Source: Narcine bancroftii
Taxonomy: Eukaryota
Length of the DNA: 64,000 nt
Direction: 5' to 3'
Assembly: GCF_036971445.1 (NCBI RefSeq)
Contig: NC_091472.1
Location: 36,766,001-36,830,000 of the forward strand
Part shown: positions 13,658-24,899 of the stretch, in pieces
Layout of the letters: each line of letters begins with the position of its first letter
How positions within the stretch are numbered: position 1 is the stretch's first letter
Translations under genes and position numbers: made by a program
The notes under the pieces: model-generated
Seen by the model: the letters and a program-made list of their open reading frames with translations, nothing else
Database searches by the model: none
Told to the model about the DNA's origin: nothing

Positions 13658-13977
13658 CTTCTTCTTCTTTGGCTTGGGTTTGCGGATGAAAATTTATGGA
13701 GGGGTATGTCCACGTCTGCTGCAGGCTCGTTGGTGACTGACAAGTCCGATGCGGGACAGGCAGGCACGGTTGCAGGGGAAAATTAGTTGGTTGGGGTTGG
13801 GTGTTGGGTTTTTCCTCCTTTGTCTTTTGTCAGTGAGGTGGGCTCTGCGGTCTTCTTCAAAGGAGGTTGCAGCCTGCCGAACTGTGAGGTGCCAAGATGC
13901 ACGGTTGGAGGCGATATCAGCCCACTGGCGGTGGTCAATGTGGCAGGCACCAAGAGATTTCTTTAAGCAGTCCTTGT
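13658..13977 (-). mobile_element. RTE-clade LINE copy 4 (3' end)
   Basis: (CTT)n tail; matches the other copies; TSD AAATT at 13653-13657 and 13978-13982; the empty site is visible in the 3' LTR at ~6198. Confidence 0.95.
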
Positions 13978-14017
13978 AAATTACTAAGAAGCAAAAACAC
14001 AAGGTTTTAACCTTTAT

Positions 14018-14700
14018 GGGGCGAGGTAAAAAATAGATAAGGGAAGGAGGGTTCTGTGACAGGTTCTGTGAATAGAGAGGAAAGGGGTGGAAAGCTGGGG
14101 GAAAGGCAACAGATAGGAGAGGGAGAGGGAGAATGGGAAGTGGATAAGCAGAAACTGGAGAAGTCTATGTTAATGCCATCCAGTTGGAGAGCACTCAGAC
14201 AGGTACTCCAAATTATGGGTGACCTTGGTATGGGCAGTGCATGAGGCCAAGGACAGCTACGTCAGTGTGGGAATGGGGTGCAGAATTGAAATGGTTGGCC
14301 ACTGGAAGAACCGTGTCATTGATACAGATAGAGCAAAGATGGTCAGCGAAATGTCCATTCTCTCCGATTCAGAAAAGGCCACAATGGCCACCTGCAGATT
14401 TATGTGAAGTGTTATTTCACTTGGATGGTCTGTTTGGGGCCTGAATGTTGGCAAGGGAGGAAATGTGGGCGCAAGAGTGGGAAATCGCCAAGGGGGAATA
14501 GATGGAAAGGGATGCATGCATGAGAAAGTCAAGGACTTTCAAGGAGCGGTACCGACGGAAGGCGGAGAGAGGAAGATGTGCCTGGTGGCGGGATTATGTT
14601 GTAGATGACAGAAATTGTGGAAGATAATATGTTGGCTGCGGAAACTGATAGGGTGGTAGGTGAGGAATCCTGCTTTTATTGCGTCTAGAGGCAGAGGGGG
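14018..14700 (-). mobile_element. Penelope-like element, GIY-YIG endonuclease C-terminal relic
   Basis: Minus strand reads PVANHFNSAPHSHTDVAVLGLMHC...LQLDGINIDFSSF and LTYHP..., typical of vertebrate Penelope ORF ends. Confidence 0.82.
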
Positions 14701-14734
14701 GCTAGGGTAGATGAACAGGAAATGAAACTCTTCT

Positions 14735-14825
14735 GGCTCTCGCTCGCATTTTTCTCTCGCTCGCATTTTTCTCTCTCTCTCTCTCTGTCTGGCGCGCCCT
14801 CCCTCTTTCCTTCCCCCCCCCCCCG
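14735..14825. repeat. Short tandem repeat (CTCTCGCTCGCATTTTT x2) plus (TC)n and a C run
   Basis: Directly visible. Confidence 0.8.
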
Positions 14826-15329
14826 ACATGCACGCACCCTTTGGCTCTCTCTGTCGCTTCTCCTCCCACCTCACCCCCCGAAATGTCCAGATTACTATTC
14901 AACTTTCTAAATTGTCTCTCTCTTCTCTCTCATATTGAGCTTGGTTTACCAAATTGAAGTGACATACCTTTACAGATGCTTGCTTTCTCCTGTCTTCACC
15001 ACTGTAATATTGTTTGGCTTTTCTAGTCTTTATGGCCATGAAGGTCTGTTTGTTGACATTAATCCATGAAATTGACAGAATCCTGGATTAATTAATCTGT
15101 TTAGTTTAATGCTAAATCTTGAAGTTATCATCAGGTATTTAGTCCCCCTCAGGCTGTACACTTAGCATTTTCTAGTCCAGATCATTGCAGCTAATGCTTA
15201 TTAATTGAATACAGATGATAAATATTAATTCAAGATCTTCTCCATATGGAGAGTAGCAAAATCTAGTGAATATTTTTCATCTGTATTGATTGTAGAGAAG
15301 ATCATGGAAGCTTGGGAATCATGGAAGAG

Positions 15330-16340
15330 AAAAATGTTACGTTGAATCATATCCATAAAAGAAAAGGTGTTGGCCGCCTTAACGTGCATAAAGTTGGATA
15401 CATTTCTCGTGCCTCATCAAGTGTATCCTCTGATATTGTGGTAAGCTTGGAAAGAAAATTGCTAGGGCCCTGCAAAGATGGTGAATGTTGGCTAATGTTG
15501 TGCCTTTATTTTAAAAAGGCTACAAGGAAATGGCAGGGAAATATTGAACCTAACATCAGTGGTAGATAATTTGCTAGAGGAAATTCTGAGACAGAATCTA
15601 TTTTGATTTGGAAATACAAGGAGTGATAAAGAATATTCAAGAAATTTTGGTGTTTTGAAGAGGTGACCAATAGCTTTGGAGAGGGCAGGATGAACAGCTT
15701 TGCACTGTAGATTTTAGCAAGGCCTTTGACAGGGTTTCATGTGGTAGGCTGAGCTTGAAGCTTTCTCATATGGGATCCAGGGTGAGCTAAACCATTGAAT
15801 GATAATTGGCTTGATGGTAGTAGTTCAAGGGTCATTGAGGAAGGTTAAATATCGGAGGCCTGTGACTAGTGATGTTCACTCTTATTTGTCATCTGTTAAT
15901 GATTTGGATGAGAATACAGTTGGCATGGTTACTAAGTTTCCAAATGACATCAAAACAGTTGGCAGTTGAGTGGACAATGACAAAGGTTATCAAAGATTAC
16001 ACGAGCATTTGGATGAACTGGGAAAGAGGGCAAGGAATGACAGATGGAATTGAACTCTGACAAGTTTAAAGTGTTGTATTTTGAGAATTTAATTGAAGAC
16101 GAAACTTGTGTTTGAGAATATTGCAAAACAGAAGATCTAGAGGTAGATCTCCAAAAGTGGTTGTACAAGTATATAACGTGATAAAGAATGCATTTGGCAT
16201 GTTTGAGTAAAAGAGTTGCAAGTGTAAAAGATGTTGATGAGATGACACTTGAAGTATTGTGTGCATTTCTGGCTGCCCAGCTTTTGGAAGGGGTGTCACT
16301 GAGCTGGAAAGGGTTCAGGAAATATGCACTGGATTAGAAT
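15330..16340 (+). mobile_element. Decayed CR1 LINE RT fragment
   Basis: ANVVPLF.K; GATTTTAGCAAGGCCTTTGACAGG (DFSKAFDR); decayed KFADD at ~15935. Confidence 0.8.
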
Positions 16341-17023
16341 GTGCATGGGATTGGACCCCCTGTGATCCACTGGCTGTGATTGGCCAATTTGATGGCTATT
16401 CCTGCGACCTATGGGAGTAGGTGTCTCATCCCACGTGCTGTCTTCCCATGGATTGGGCTGCGGGCTGCTACAATTTGTATTTAATCAGGCTTGTCAGGAT
16501 AATTTTCTGCACCAGAGGTAAATGTCCCTTGGTCTTTTCAAAGAAAAAAAAACAGCTTCTCTTAGTAATTATGTTGCTCCGAAAACACCCTCGTAAATCT
16601 CCTTTGCATCTTTCTGATAGTGGCCAGAACTAAATGCAGTGCATCAATCATGGCCCAAATTGCATTTAATGGTTTTCCTCATGACCTTCTTACTCAAGTA
16701 TTTTGCATCTCTTGTCAATAAAGGCATATTGCTTTTATGTTTCCTTATCTGCTTTAACAAACCATGCCCTCCTCCCTCCTCTCTACTCTGGAACTGGGAA
16801 GATGCGTTTCAAGATTGCTCGTTTAATATCCTACCTGTCATCAAGTACTGTATTTTGATGTCTTGCTTTCCCTAAATGCATACGTGTTTTCCTCTGGATT
16901 GAAATGTTTTTCACTTACCCACTGAACCAGTTCATTAATATATTTGCATAACCTACAACATTTTCCCTCACAATCACTCTGTCAATTTTGGTATCATCTT
17001 CCTAATTATGGCCTCTCCATTTA

Positions 17024-18791
17024 CCATCTATTTTGGCATATAAATTGAGTCGTGAAACCCAAAAAACTCAAAAATGGGTGTCGACGTATGCTGGATATAC
17101 TTTTGAGACCTTAAATTCAGCTCAAAATCCAATCCACGTTGATCTACATTATGTCGACCCTTGAAAAACCGATTCGGCATAAAAGTCAACCCTTGAAAAA
17201 CCAAAAAATAAACAGACTGCAACAGATTTTCATTGAAAACAACAACAATTAGCATCCTTCAAAATCACTATCATGGTCTGAAAATGGCACATATAGAACC
17301 CTTCAAAATCACTCTTGCTTTCATCAACTGAAGCAAAGATGGTGGCAGGGACATCCATATTCTCATTATTTAAACAGTCATCATATGGGTCCCAGTCTCT
17401 CTCTAATGAGGCAGTTTCTGCTTTGTCGTCAGTGTCCCACAATAAATCATCTTCCATGCCATCAATTGCACAAGAGATACTGCACTTTTTAAACTATTTT
17501 ATCAGTCTCTACTTTAACTTTGTCCCATGCCTTGAGCACAAAGTTACACAGCATATCAAGAGATGCAACGCATATTACTTGTAAACAACTTTTCTTGCCT
17601 TGTCATCCACGTATTCCATTCCTCGCGCACATGGTCTTCGAATGCTTGTTCAAGCAGACATGGAAAGGTTGCAATATAGACATCAAATCACATAGGAGAA
17701 CTGCCATGTAATTATTATGTAGTGCTAATCTACTTTTAGTGTTCTCAGTTAAGTGGCTACGAAACATGTCCCAGACTGGCAAACTCCATTCTTTGCATAA
17801 ACCACCTGGCCACCTCTTCCACACATTGTCTATCCATAGTTTTACACTATTTTCATCCATCGATCCTTTTTTATGAAAATGTTCAAAAATACCAGAATTT
17901 CATTTTGTGGTTTTAATTTTGCATTTGAAGATTACCATGGGTCTTAACTTTGACCCATTGGCCATGCACAATAACACCACAGTAAACCTGGTCCTTTCCT
18001 ATACTTCTGGTTTGCATCATTTTAACACCTTTCCATTCCACAGTTCTATTGCCTATCATGTCAAAATTCATGGGAGCTTCATCCAGGTTTCCGTTATTTG
18101 CCAATGCAAACTGGTGTTTCTGCCTGTTATGTATAATAAACTGGTGAAAACTTACAACTTTATGATCATGATCTTTTGGTAGTTTCTGTGCATTTTCATT
18201 TTTTGGTGTAATATGAGATTTTTCCTGTTCATGAAACTATTGCATCAACCTACTGTAGCCTCAAAATCATCACTGAGGTTTGGGTGCAGCTTGGCCCACT
18301 GCAGTGCAGATGTTCTTATTTTGGGTGACGATAGCAATCTTGCCTCCGTTCACATATCCATTGTGCAATGTGATTTTCCAAGCCTGGCAAATGAGTGATT
18401 CCTTTTCTCAAAGAACATTGTCTTTTGGCATTTTTTTTCTTAAAGTCTCTTCTTTCTTCTTCCAATCTCTTACCAACTTCTCATGCACATCATATTTTCT
18501 TGCAGCAGCACAGTTGTTGGTTTTCTTGCCCATTTCTATCACTTTCAATGTAAAGTTTGCTTCATATTTTCGTTGCATGCTGCCTTGTGTTGATTGACCC
18601 TCCATGATAGCAATCACCTCCAGCCAACACCCAGCAGATCAATCTGCATGATCTATGGGGGGTCGATTTAGACGTCGGTCAATGGGGCACCTCAGGCAAC
18701 TAGAAAATGGGGTCAACTTGTACGATGGATATCATAAAACCTTTAAAATGAGGCTAAAAAAGGGGATCAACTTGCATGCCAAAATATACTG
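17024..18791 (-). mobile_element. pogo-family (POGK-like) DNA transposon, decayed transposase
   Basis: Imperfect TIRs CCATCTATTTTGGCATATAAATTGA / revcomp CAGTATATTTTGGCATGCAAGTTGA, flanked by TA. Brinker-like N-terminus (RKYEANFTLKVIE...NNCAAARKYDVHEKLVRDW, 18408-18617). DDE pieces NLDEAPMNFD, VWDMFRSHL, LQPFHVCLNK and DGMEDDLLW. Confidence 0.9.
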
Positions 18792-18988
18792 TAATTCTGA
18801 TTTATTTAGTAAATAGCATGAAGAGCAAGAGGCCAAAGAGGAAGTAAAGGTTTTGAGAGTCAGGTTCTTTGTCATACTAATCTGCTCTTATAATTACAGT
18901 TGCTTAATTTAATTTTCAGGAAAGTGGTGATCCATGGGATATTGATGACTTGGCAAAGTCGTATGATAGATTGTCAATGAGTAGTTAG

Positions 18989-19562
18989 TCTCTTGTTGGA
19001 AATTATTATTACATGAGTCTTACTTATCATTTTTATCTCTTGTTGGAAATTATTATTACATGAGTCTTGCATATCATTTATTTCTTGTTGGAAATTATTA
19101 TTACATGAGTCTTGCATATCATTTATTTCTTGTTGGAAATTATTATTACATGAGTCTTGCATATCATTTATTATCTCTTGTTGGAAATTATTATTACATG
19201 AGTCTTGCTTATCATTTATTATCTCTTGTTGGAAATTATTATTACATGAGTCTTGCTTATCATTTATTATCTCTTGTTGGAAATTATTATTACATGAGTC
19301 TTGCTTATCATTTATTATCTCTTGTTGGAAATTATTATTACATGAGTCTTGCTTATCATTTATTATCTCTTGTTGGAAATTATTATTACATGAGACTTGC
19401 TTATCATTTATTATCTCTTGTTGGAAATTATTATTACATGAGTCTTGCTTATCATTTATTATCTCTTGTTGGAAATTATTATTACATGAGTCTTGCTTAT
19501 CATTTATTATCTCTTGTTGGAAATTATTATTACATGAGTCTTGCTTATCATTTATTATCTTG
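18989..19562. repeat. 48-bp minisatellite, ~12 copies
   Basis: Unit TCTCTTGTTGGAAATTATTATTACATGAGTCTTGCTTATCATTTATTA; 45-47-bp variants at the left end. Confidence 0.97.
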
Positions 19563-19599
19563 AATGTTGTTTGAATCTTACCACAGATATTGGTTATGC

Positions 19600-20060
19600 T
19601 ACTTTTAGGTTTTGTAAATATGAATGTTACAATCATCTTTGAGTGCAGGTGTAAAGATGTTTTACTGCAATTAAAAGGGGGCCTTGGTGAGATCATACTT
19701 GGACTATCATGTACATTTTCTGGTCACCTTTAGTTAAAAAACTAAACCTGCCATGCAGAATTCTCCAGGCTAATTGCAAGGATGGTGGACTCGTATTATG
19801 AGGAGAGAGAGAGTAGGCCAGGACTGTATTCTTGACTTTGAAAGGTGATGACATTAATCCTACAAGGGTTTTCTAAGTTTCAACAGGCTAAATACAGGGA
19901 GGATGTTTTCCCTGGTTAACAAGTCCAAAAGCAGGAGTTTTGTCCTAAAATAAGCAGTAGGCTATTCCAGTCTGAGGTAAAGAGATGCTGCTTATGGAGG
20001 TTGGATCATTGAATTCACTCAAAACGTAGGCTGATAGATTGCTGAATACTGGAGGAATTC
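19600..20060 (+). mobile_element. Decayed CR1 3' fragment
   Basis: GCCTTGGTGAGATCATACTTGGACTATCATGTACA (decayed LVRPHLEYCVQ motif). Confidence 0.65.
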
Positions 20061-21169
20061 AATTCATCCCCCAGCATTTTGTTACCATCTTTTCATTACA
20101 TCCTTTGATCCATTTGGCATTGAGAGAAATAATGCCTCTTTTTGGATAAGACAATGATTTGGCCTATGCTATCTTCTTGATGGAAGATTCCACATCTTCA
20201 CCATGCTTGAGATGAAGTCATTTCTCTTGATCTTTGTACTGTGTGGCTCACCCTGGATGTGGATCCTTGTTCTGGACTCCTAGCCAAAGGGAACATGCTT
20301 CTTGCAGGCAGAGTGAATGAAAATGAGGTTGAGGTAGAAGATGAGCTTTCTGAATGTGGGACTAAGCTCAAAGATTCAAGTGGCTTATTCCTACTCTTAT
20401 TTCTTAAGTTCTTATTTTCTCATCAGCATTCCCACTGTGCCCTTGTGTTGAAAAGAAAGTTGGGTATTTGACTATAAATAGGACATCATACATGGTGATG
20501 TCCTATTTAAAGCAAGAGCAGTATTTATTTAGACTTAGTCAATCACTGCCCATGGATGCTGCCTAATCTGCTGGTATTTCCGATAGTTTTCCAGTTTATG
20601 CAGTACAGGGATCCTCTGCATTACAGCTTTTCGGGTTTCTGAAAATTTCCCTTACAGAATTCACAAAACACTGCTCAAAATCTGAGATATAGACTAAGAA
20701 TTTATGTGGGAAATGAATACAAAGTGAGTTTTTTGTCTACTTTTATTTCTTTGAACTCTCACTTATTGATGTACGCATAGGTAATGTTCCTTTATATTTA
20801 GCGCAGAAGCTTCATTTTGCTATTGAACAGTATTTTCCCCCCCCACGAGAGTTTTTAATATTATTCTTAAAATATCCAAAACTGGGCAAGTTGTAAGCCT
20901 AAATTTTTGTTGCGAGTTCGATCATTAAATAATCTTGTGTGTTTAAAAGTTGAAGGCTGGAAGGCAAAAAGCATCTGCAGGAGCTTGTCTTCATTCAAGA
21001 GATTTGCTTTGCGAACTGACAAGTCAAATTTCTGAAATGGTCCCCCTGCCATGAAGCAGCAGCTGTGGTATTGAGAGAAAATCATCCCTTATGAATGTAT
21101 CACCACTTAAAACATGAGTTTCTTCAGCAAATGAGGCTTTGCGTAATGGAAAATCACTGCATTGGATCT

Positions 21170-21620
21170 TGTTATAACAGAGCGGAAGGTCAGAATGAGA
21201 GTGGAATAGAGAATTAAAGTAGCAGGCAACAGAAGCTTCAGGTTGCTTCTGGAGATTGAATACAATTATTGTGCAAATCAATCGTTCAATTTGTGTGTTG
21301 GTTTCTCCATTGTTGAAGAGACCACATTACAAACACCAAATACATTACACTACCTTGGAAGAGGTGCAAGTGAATTGTCACTTCACCTTGGAAAAGCATT
21401 TTGGGTCTCTGGATCGTAGGTAAGTAAAGAGAAGAAAGGGTAGATTACACAGAAAAATGCTGCAAGGGAGTGATTGGTGGGAACAGAATTGATCAAAAGT
21501 TGCAAAAGGAACAGTTGCTTTGAAATACTGTAGGGGAGCAAGCAGAAGACTAGGTGGAATCTTGTTGGGAGTTTGCTTAAATGAGAAGGCTGGTGGTGGA
21601 ATGTCAGAACCAGGGAATAC
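21170..21620 (-). mobile_element. Penelope-like GIY-YIG relic
   Basis: PEASVACYFNSLFHSHSDL in ORF 21024-21281; GET motif at ~21305. Confidence 0.7.
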
Positions 21621-21649
21621 CATCTTTGCTTTGTTCAGGAGAAGATATT

Positions 21650-21858
21650 TTTCTTTGGCTTGGCTTCGCGGACGAAGATTTATGGAGGGCTATGTCCACG
21701 TCTGCTGCAGGCTCATTGGTGACTGACAAGTCTGATGTGGGACAGGAAGGCACGGTTGCAGCGGTTGCAAGGGAAAATTGGTTGGTTGGGTGTTGGGTTT
21801 TTCTTCCTTTGTCTTTTGACAGTGAGGTGGGCTCTGCGGTCTTCAAAGGAGGTTGCTG
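21650..21858 (-). mobile_element. RTE-clade LINE copy 5 (3' ~200 bp)
   Basis: TTCTTTGGCTTGGCTTCGCGGACGAAG 3' end shared with the other copies. Confidence 0.92.
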
Positions 21859-22194
21859 GAAATCAATGAGGGGTTTGGTTGGTATAATCACTCTGATTAT
21901 ATCAACAATATGATTTGAGATAAAGAATACTGTAGTTATTTCTGATTAATACAATAGCTTTACACATCTTTTGTCTTTTTAGCTTGAAGCATCAACAGAC
22001 AGTTCAAGGATTGTCAATTACTTTCATTCCTCATTTTATTGCTATACTCATTTCCTCATATTATTGCTGTGCTCAATGCAGGAATTTTTTTCATTTTTTA
22101 ATGAGTATAAGGTTACTTTTTAATTTATGAATATTTGAAGAAAGCAAATTTGATATTGGGGCTGAACTGTATAACTTCTGTAGTTAAGGCTATA

Positions 22195-22629
22195 CAGTAA
22201 AACGCCAATTATCTGAAATCAGATTCTCCAAAACCCTGTTATCTGAAATTTAAAAAAAATTTTGCATAAATGAGAATATCCAAAACAAATCAGAAATCCT
22301 CATTTATCCAAAAAAGCTTTCAGAGCCGAACTGTCCGGGGACATCAGGCTCCCAGCGATGGCGTACCTTGGGCTCCCGGACAGGAGCGGGGCCTTGGTGG
22401 GGAGGTGTCGGTGGTCGGCGGTGGCCAGCATTTTTTTTTTTTGGTGAGAATTAAACATTATTTTAATGCTTAAAAAAGCCTCATCTTGTTTGTTGTTGTT
22501 TAAACACTAACAAGTAACTTGCTGTTGCTACTGGGATGTTTTTTTTTTAAAAATTACCAATTCTCTGGAAAAAACACTTATCTGAAATAGGCCCGGTCCT
22601 GACCATTTTGGATAATTGGAGTTGTACTG
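22195..22629. mobile_element. Tc1/mariner-pogo (Tigger-like) MITE, 435 bp
   Basis: TIRs CAGTAAAACGCCAATTATCTGAAA / revcomp CAGTACAACTCCAATTATCCAAAA, flanked by TA on both sides. Confidence 0.88.
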
Positions 22630-23369
22630 TATTTTACATTAAAAGAAAAATAATCAAGGCAAATCTCTTTAATTTTCAAAAAGCTTAAAATTTATATTTT
22701 ACAATATATTCCATGATTGTTAAAGGACAATTTGTTATTTGTACACAATGAACCTGTTTGTCCTCCACCAAACCAACATTTCCTTTCCTTAAATGAATTT
22801 TTACAGCATGCCATGAAATAACATTTGAACTTTTTAATTGGTCCACACCTAACTTGTTTATAATTTCTGATTTTAAAAAAAATTAACCACCTTAAGTAAT
22901 TCCTATGACACAGGTGCTTCAGGTGGTATATCAGTGGAAAGAATAAGTTTGAAAGCCACTGATCTATAGTAATTTGATCTATAGCAATACTACGACCCAG
23001 CTTCAGTGTACTGTACACTACCCGCAACCCTTCCAAGTGACATCCACAGTAGCGACCTGGCATAGAGTGGTATCTGGGGCTAGCAACGGTGGGGGGGAGA
23101 TGGTGTTTTCATATGCCTGTGGGTTTTAATATGCTGTCTAAAACAGGGCACATACACATCCTTTCCTGACCTGGTCCAGAACAGCAGATTGGCCATTTTA
23201 TAGACATTAATTCGGCGCTGTGACTACCTCTGCTGGTTTAAAGGCGGGTCTGGAATGACCCCTCCATTCTGTGTTTGTACTTTCTACACAGAAGGCATAG
23301 CACAATAAAGGCGCAACATTCCCACATCGAAGTGGCTGTGTAAAAGGAGCGTATGATTCCAATATTTTC

Positions 23370-23790
23370 TGCCTCCTCATCTGTCTCCTCTGTACTCTGG
23401 CCCCAGCCCATCCCTGTTTAAACCCTCCTGAAATAGCACGAGCAGTTTGGGTGCAACCCATCCCAGCTGTACTCCTCACCTCTTCCCAGAGGAGATCCTA
23501 GTAATTGAAGAACTTGAATCCTTTTCCACTGTACTAGCCTCTTTATATTCCCAACCTTATCAGTACAACCTACTGGAAGTAATCCAGAGATTACTACCCT
23601 CAAAGACCTTTTGAATCTCAATCCTAATTTACAATATTCACTGCACAGGACCTTGTCCCTTTTCGTGCTAATGTCATTGATTCCAATATAATCAACTGCA
23701 GGCTGCTCACCTTCTCCCTTAAGAACATTTTGCAACATCTCAGAGAATCCTATGACCCAGGAGACAACACATCATCTTGGTGTCTTGTGG
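23370..23790 (-). mobile_element. CR1 ORF1 relic (SGNH esterase domain)
   Basis: ORF 23418-23738: YIGIND...VVISGLLP...WDGLHPN, the CR1 ORF1 esterase blocks. Confidence 0.82.
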
Positions 23791-23889
23791 CCATAGAACC
23801 TCCTGTTTGTCCCCCTCTCAATCAAGTCTCCTAACATTGTCACTCTGTCTGACTCCACTTTCTTCTGCTGAGTCTCAGGGCATGTCTTG

Positions 23890-24790
23890 GCACCTGATGG
23901 AGTTTAAACCCAAAATATTGACCATAACTTGGCTTGCATGGATGCTGATTGACTGTTGAGTTCCTCCAGCAATTTGTGTTGTGCTTCAGTTTTCCACTGT
24001 CTGCAGTCCCTCATGCATACCATGGTGTCATTGACCAAGCTGTTGCTGCTGTCACCACCTGAATGGTCATCACCCCAATATTATCCAAAACATGCAAAAT
24101 GGTAAGAGACTTGTATCTTGATGAAGAGCTTAACTCTTCCAGGCTTTGGCTCATCAGGCTTCGGCGAAAAAAAGTTGGTTATCTTTCTCTTTGCAATATG
24201 AAGTACACTGTTTGACTTGCTGAATTTCTTCAGCATTGTTTTTACTTTTAATGCAAAGTGCCTGTTAATGAGGACAACATCCACAGAGGAGCCTGACGCT
24301 ATCTACCTTTAGCTTTGGTAGAGATCATCCACCTTCCTGAAGCATGTACCTTCACATTGACCACATCACAATAATGACTTTTCAGCCAAGTGGGTGATCT
24401 TGATTTTGTCTAACTCCAGCTCTGATTCCTTAACTCAGTCAGTCATGAATTTATCTGTCGCTGATCATTGCAGCAGCTGGGGGAAAAAACAGGACAGTTG
24501 CATCTGTGGAAAGAGAAACATTAAATATTTTGGTCTTGTGACCATTCATCAGAATGGGTGCTTGACTTGCTGAGTATTTCCAGCATTTTCTATTTTTATT
24601 TCAGATTTCCAGCAACAGCATTTATTTATGTTTTCACCCATCCTCTGCGAAATTCCCTTTTTTTTTTAAAACCCTCCCAATTCTCCAACATACTTTTTTC
24701 AGTCCCAGTTGCCAGGAAGGGTTAACTGATTTCCCTCCACAGATGTTACCAGACCTGCTGAGTGTTTCCAAAGTTTTGTTCTTATTTCAG
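23890..24790. mobile_element. Cluster of Penelope-type terminal-repeat relics (23890-24010, 24490-24620, 24710-24790)
   Basis: Shared GATGCTG...TGCTGAGT(T/A)T(C/T)TCCAGC tail and decayed hammerhead cores at 23894-23922 (+) and 24524-24553 (-). Confidence 0.6.
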
Positions 24791-24899
24791 TTTTAAAGGA
24801 ATGTACTGATTCAGGAAGCATTTTAACTGTGCTAATTTAACAAAAACTTTTTAAAAAGAAAAACTCATTCGAACTCCTTCAATTCACGTTGGATATTAA

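Larger units (their letters stand above)
5788..14017 (-). mobile_element. BEL/Pao LTR retrotransposon (degenerate, RT-RNaseH part deleted, several nested insertions)
   Basis: LTRs 5788-6238 and 12334-14017 share TATAGACGACACTTTCC...AAGGTTTTAACCTTTA. PPT TTGGGGCCAGAA next to the 3' LTR. Gag GDPLQY / EQYTGGQVKELVESC; protease TYAFLDPGS (~8600); RT start IAADMEVMFHQV (~7640); integrase PPFTYVGVDYFGPL and SDNGSNF; C-terminal [18 protein letters not shown]-rich flanks (GGGGG / GGGGC) fit a 5-bp TSD. Confidence 0.92.
12334..14017 (-). repeat. BEL 5' LTR, interrupted by a solo LTR (12514-13440) and RTE copy 4
   Basis: Colinear with 5788-6238 after removing the two insertions. Confidence 0.88.

Noticed and set aside
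18974-19696. 240-aa and 167-aa repeat ORFs; possible CRISPR array
   Set aside because: By-products of a 48-bp tandem repeat; no unique spacers and no cas genes.
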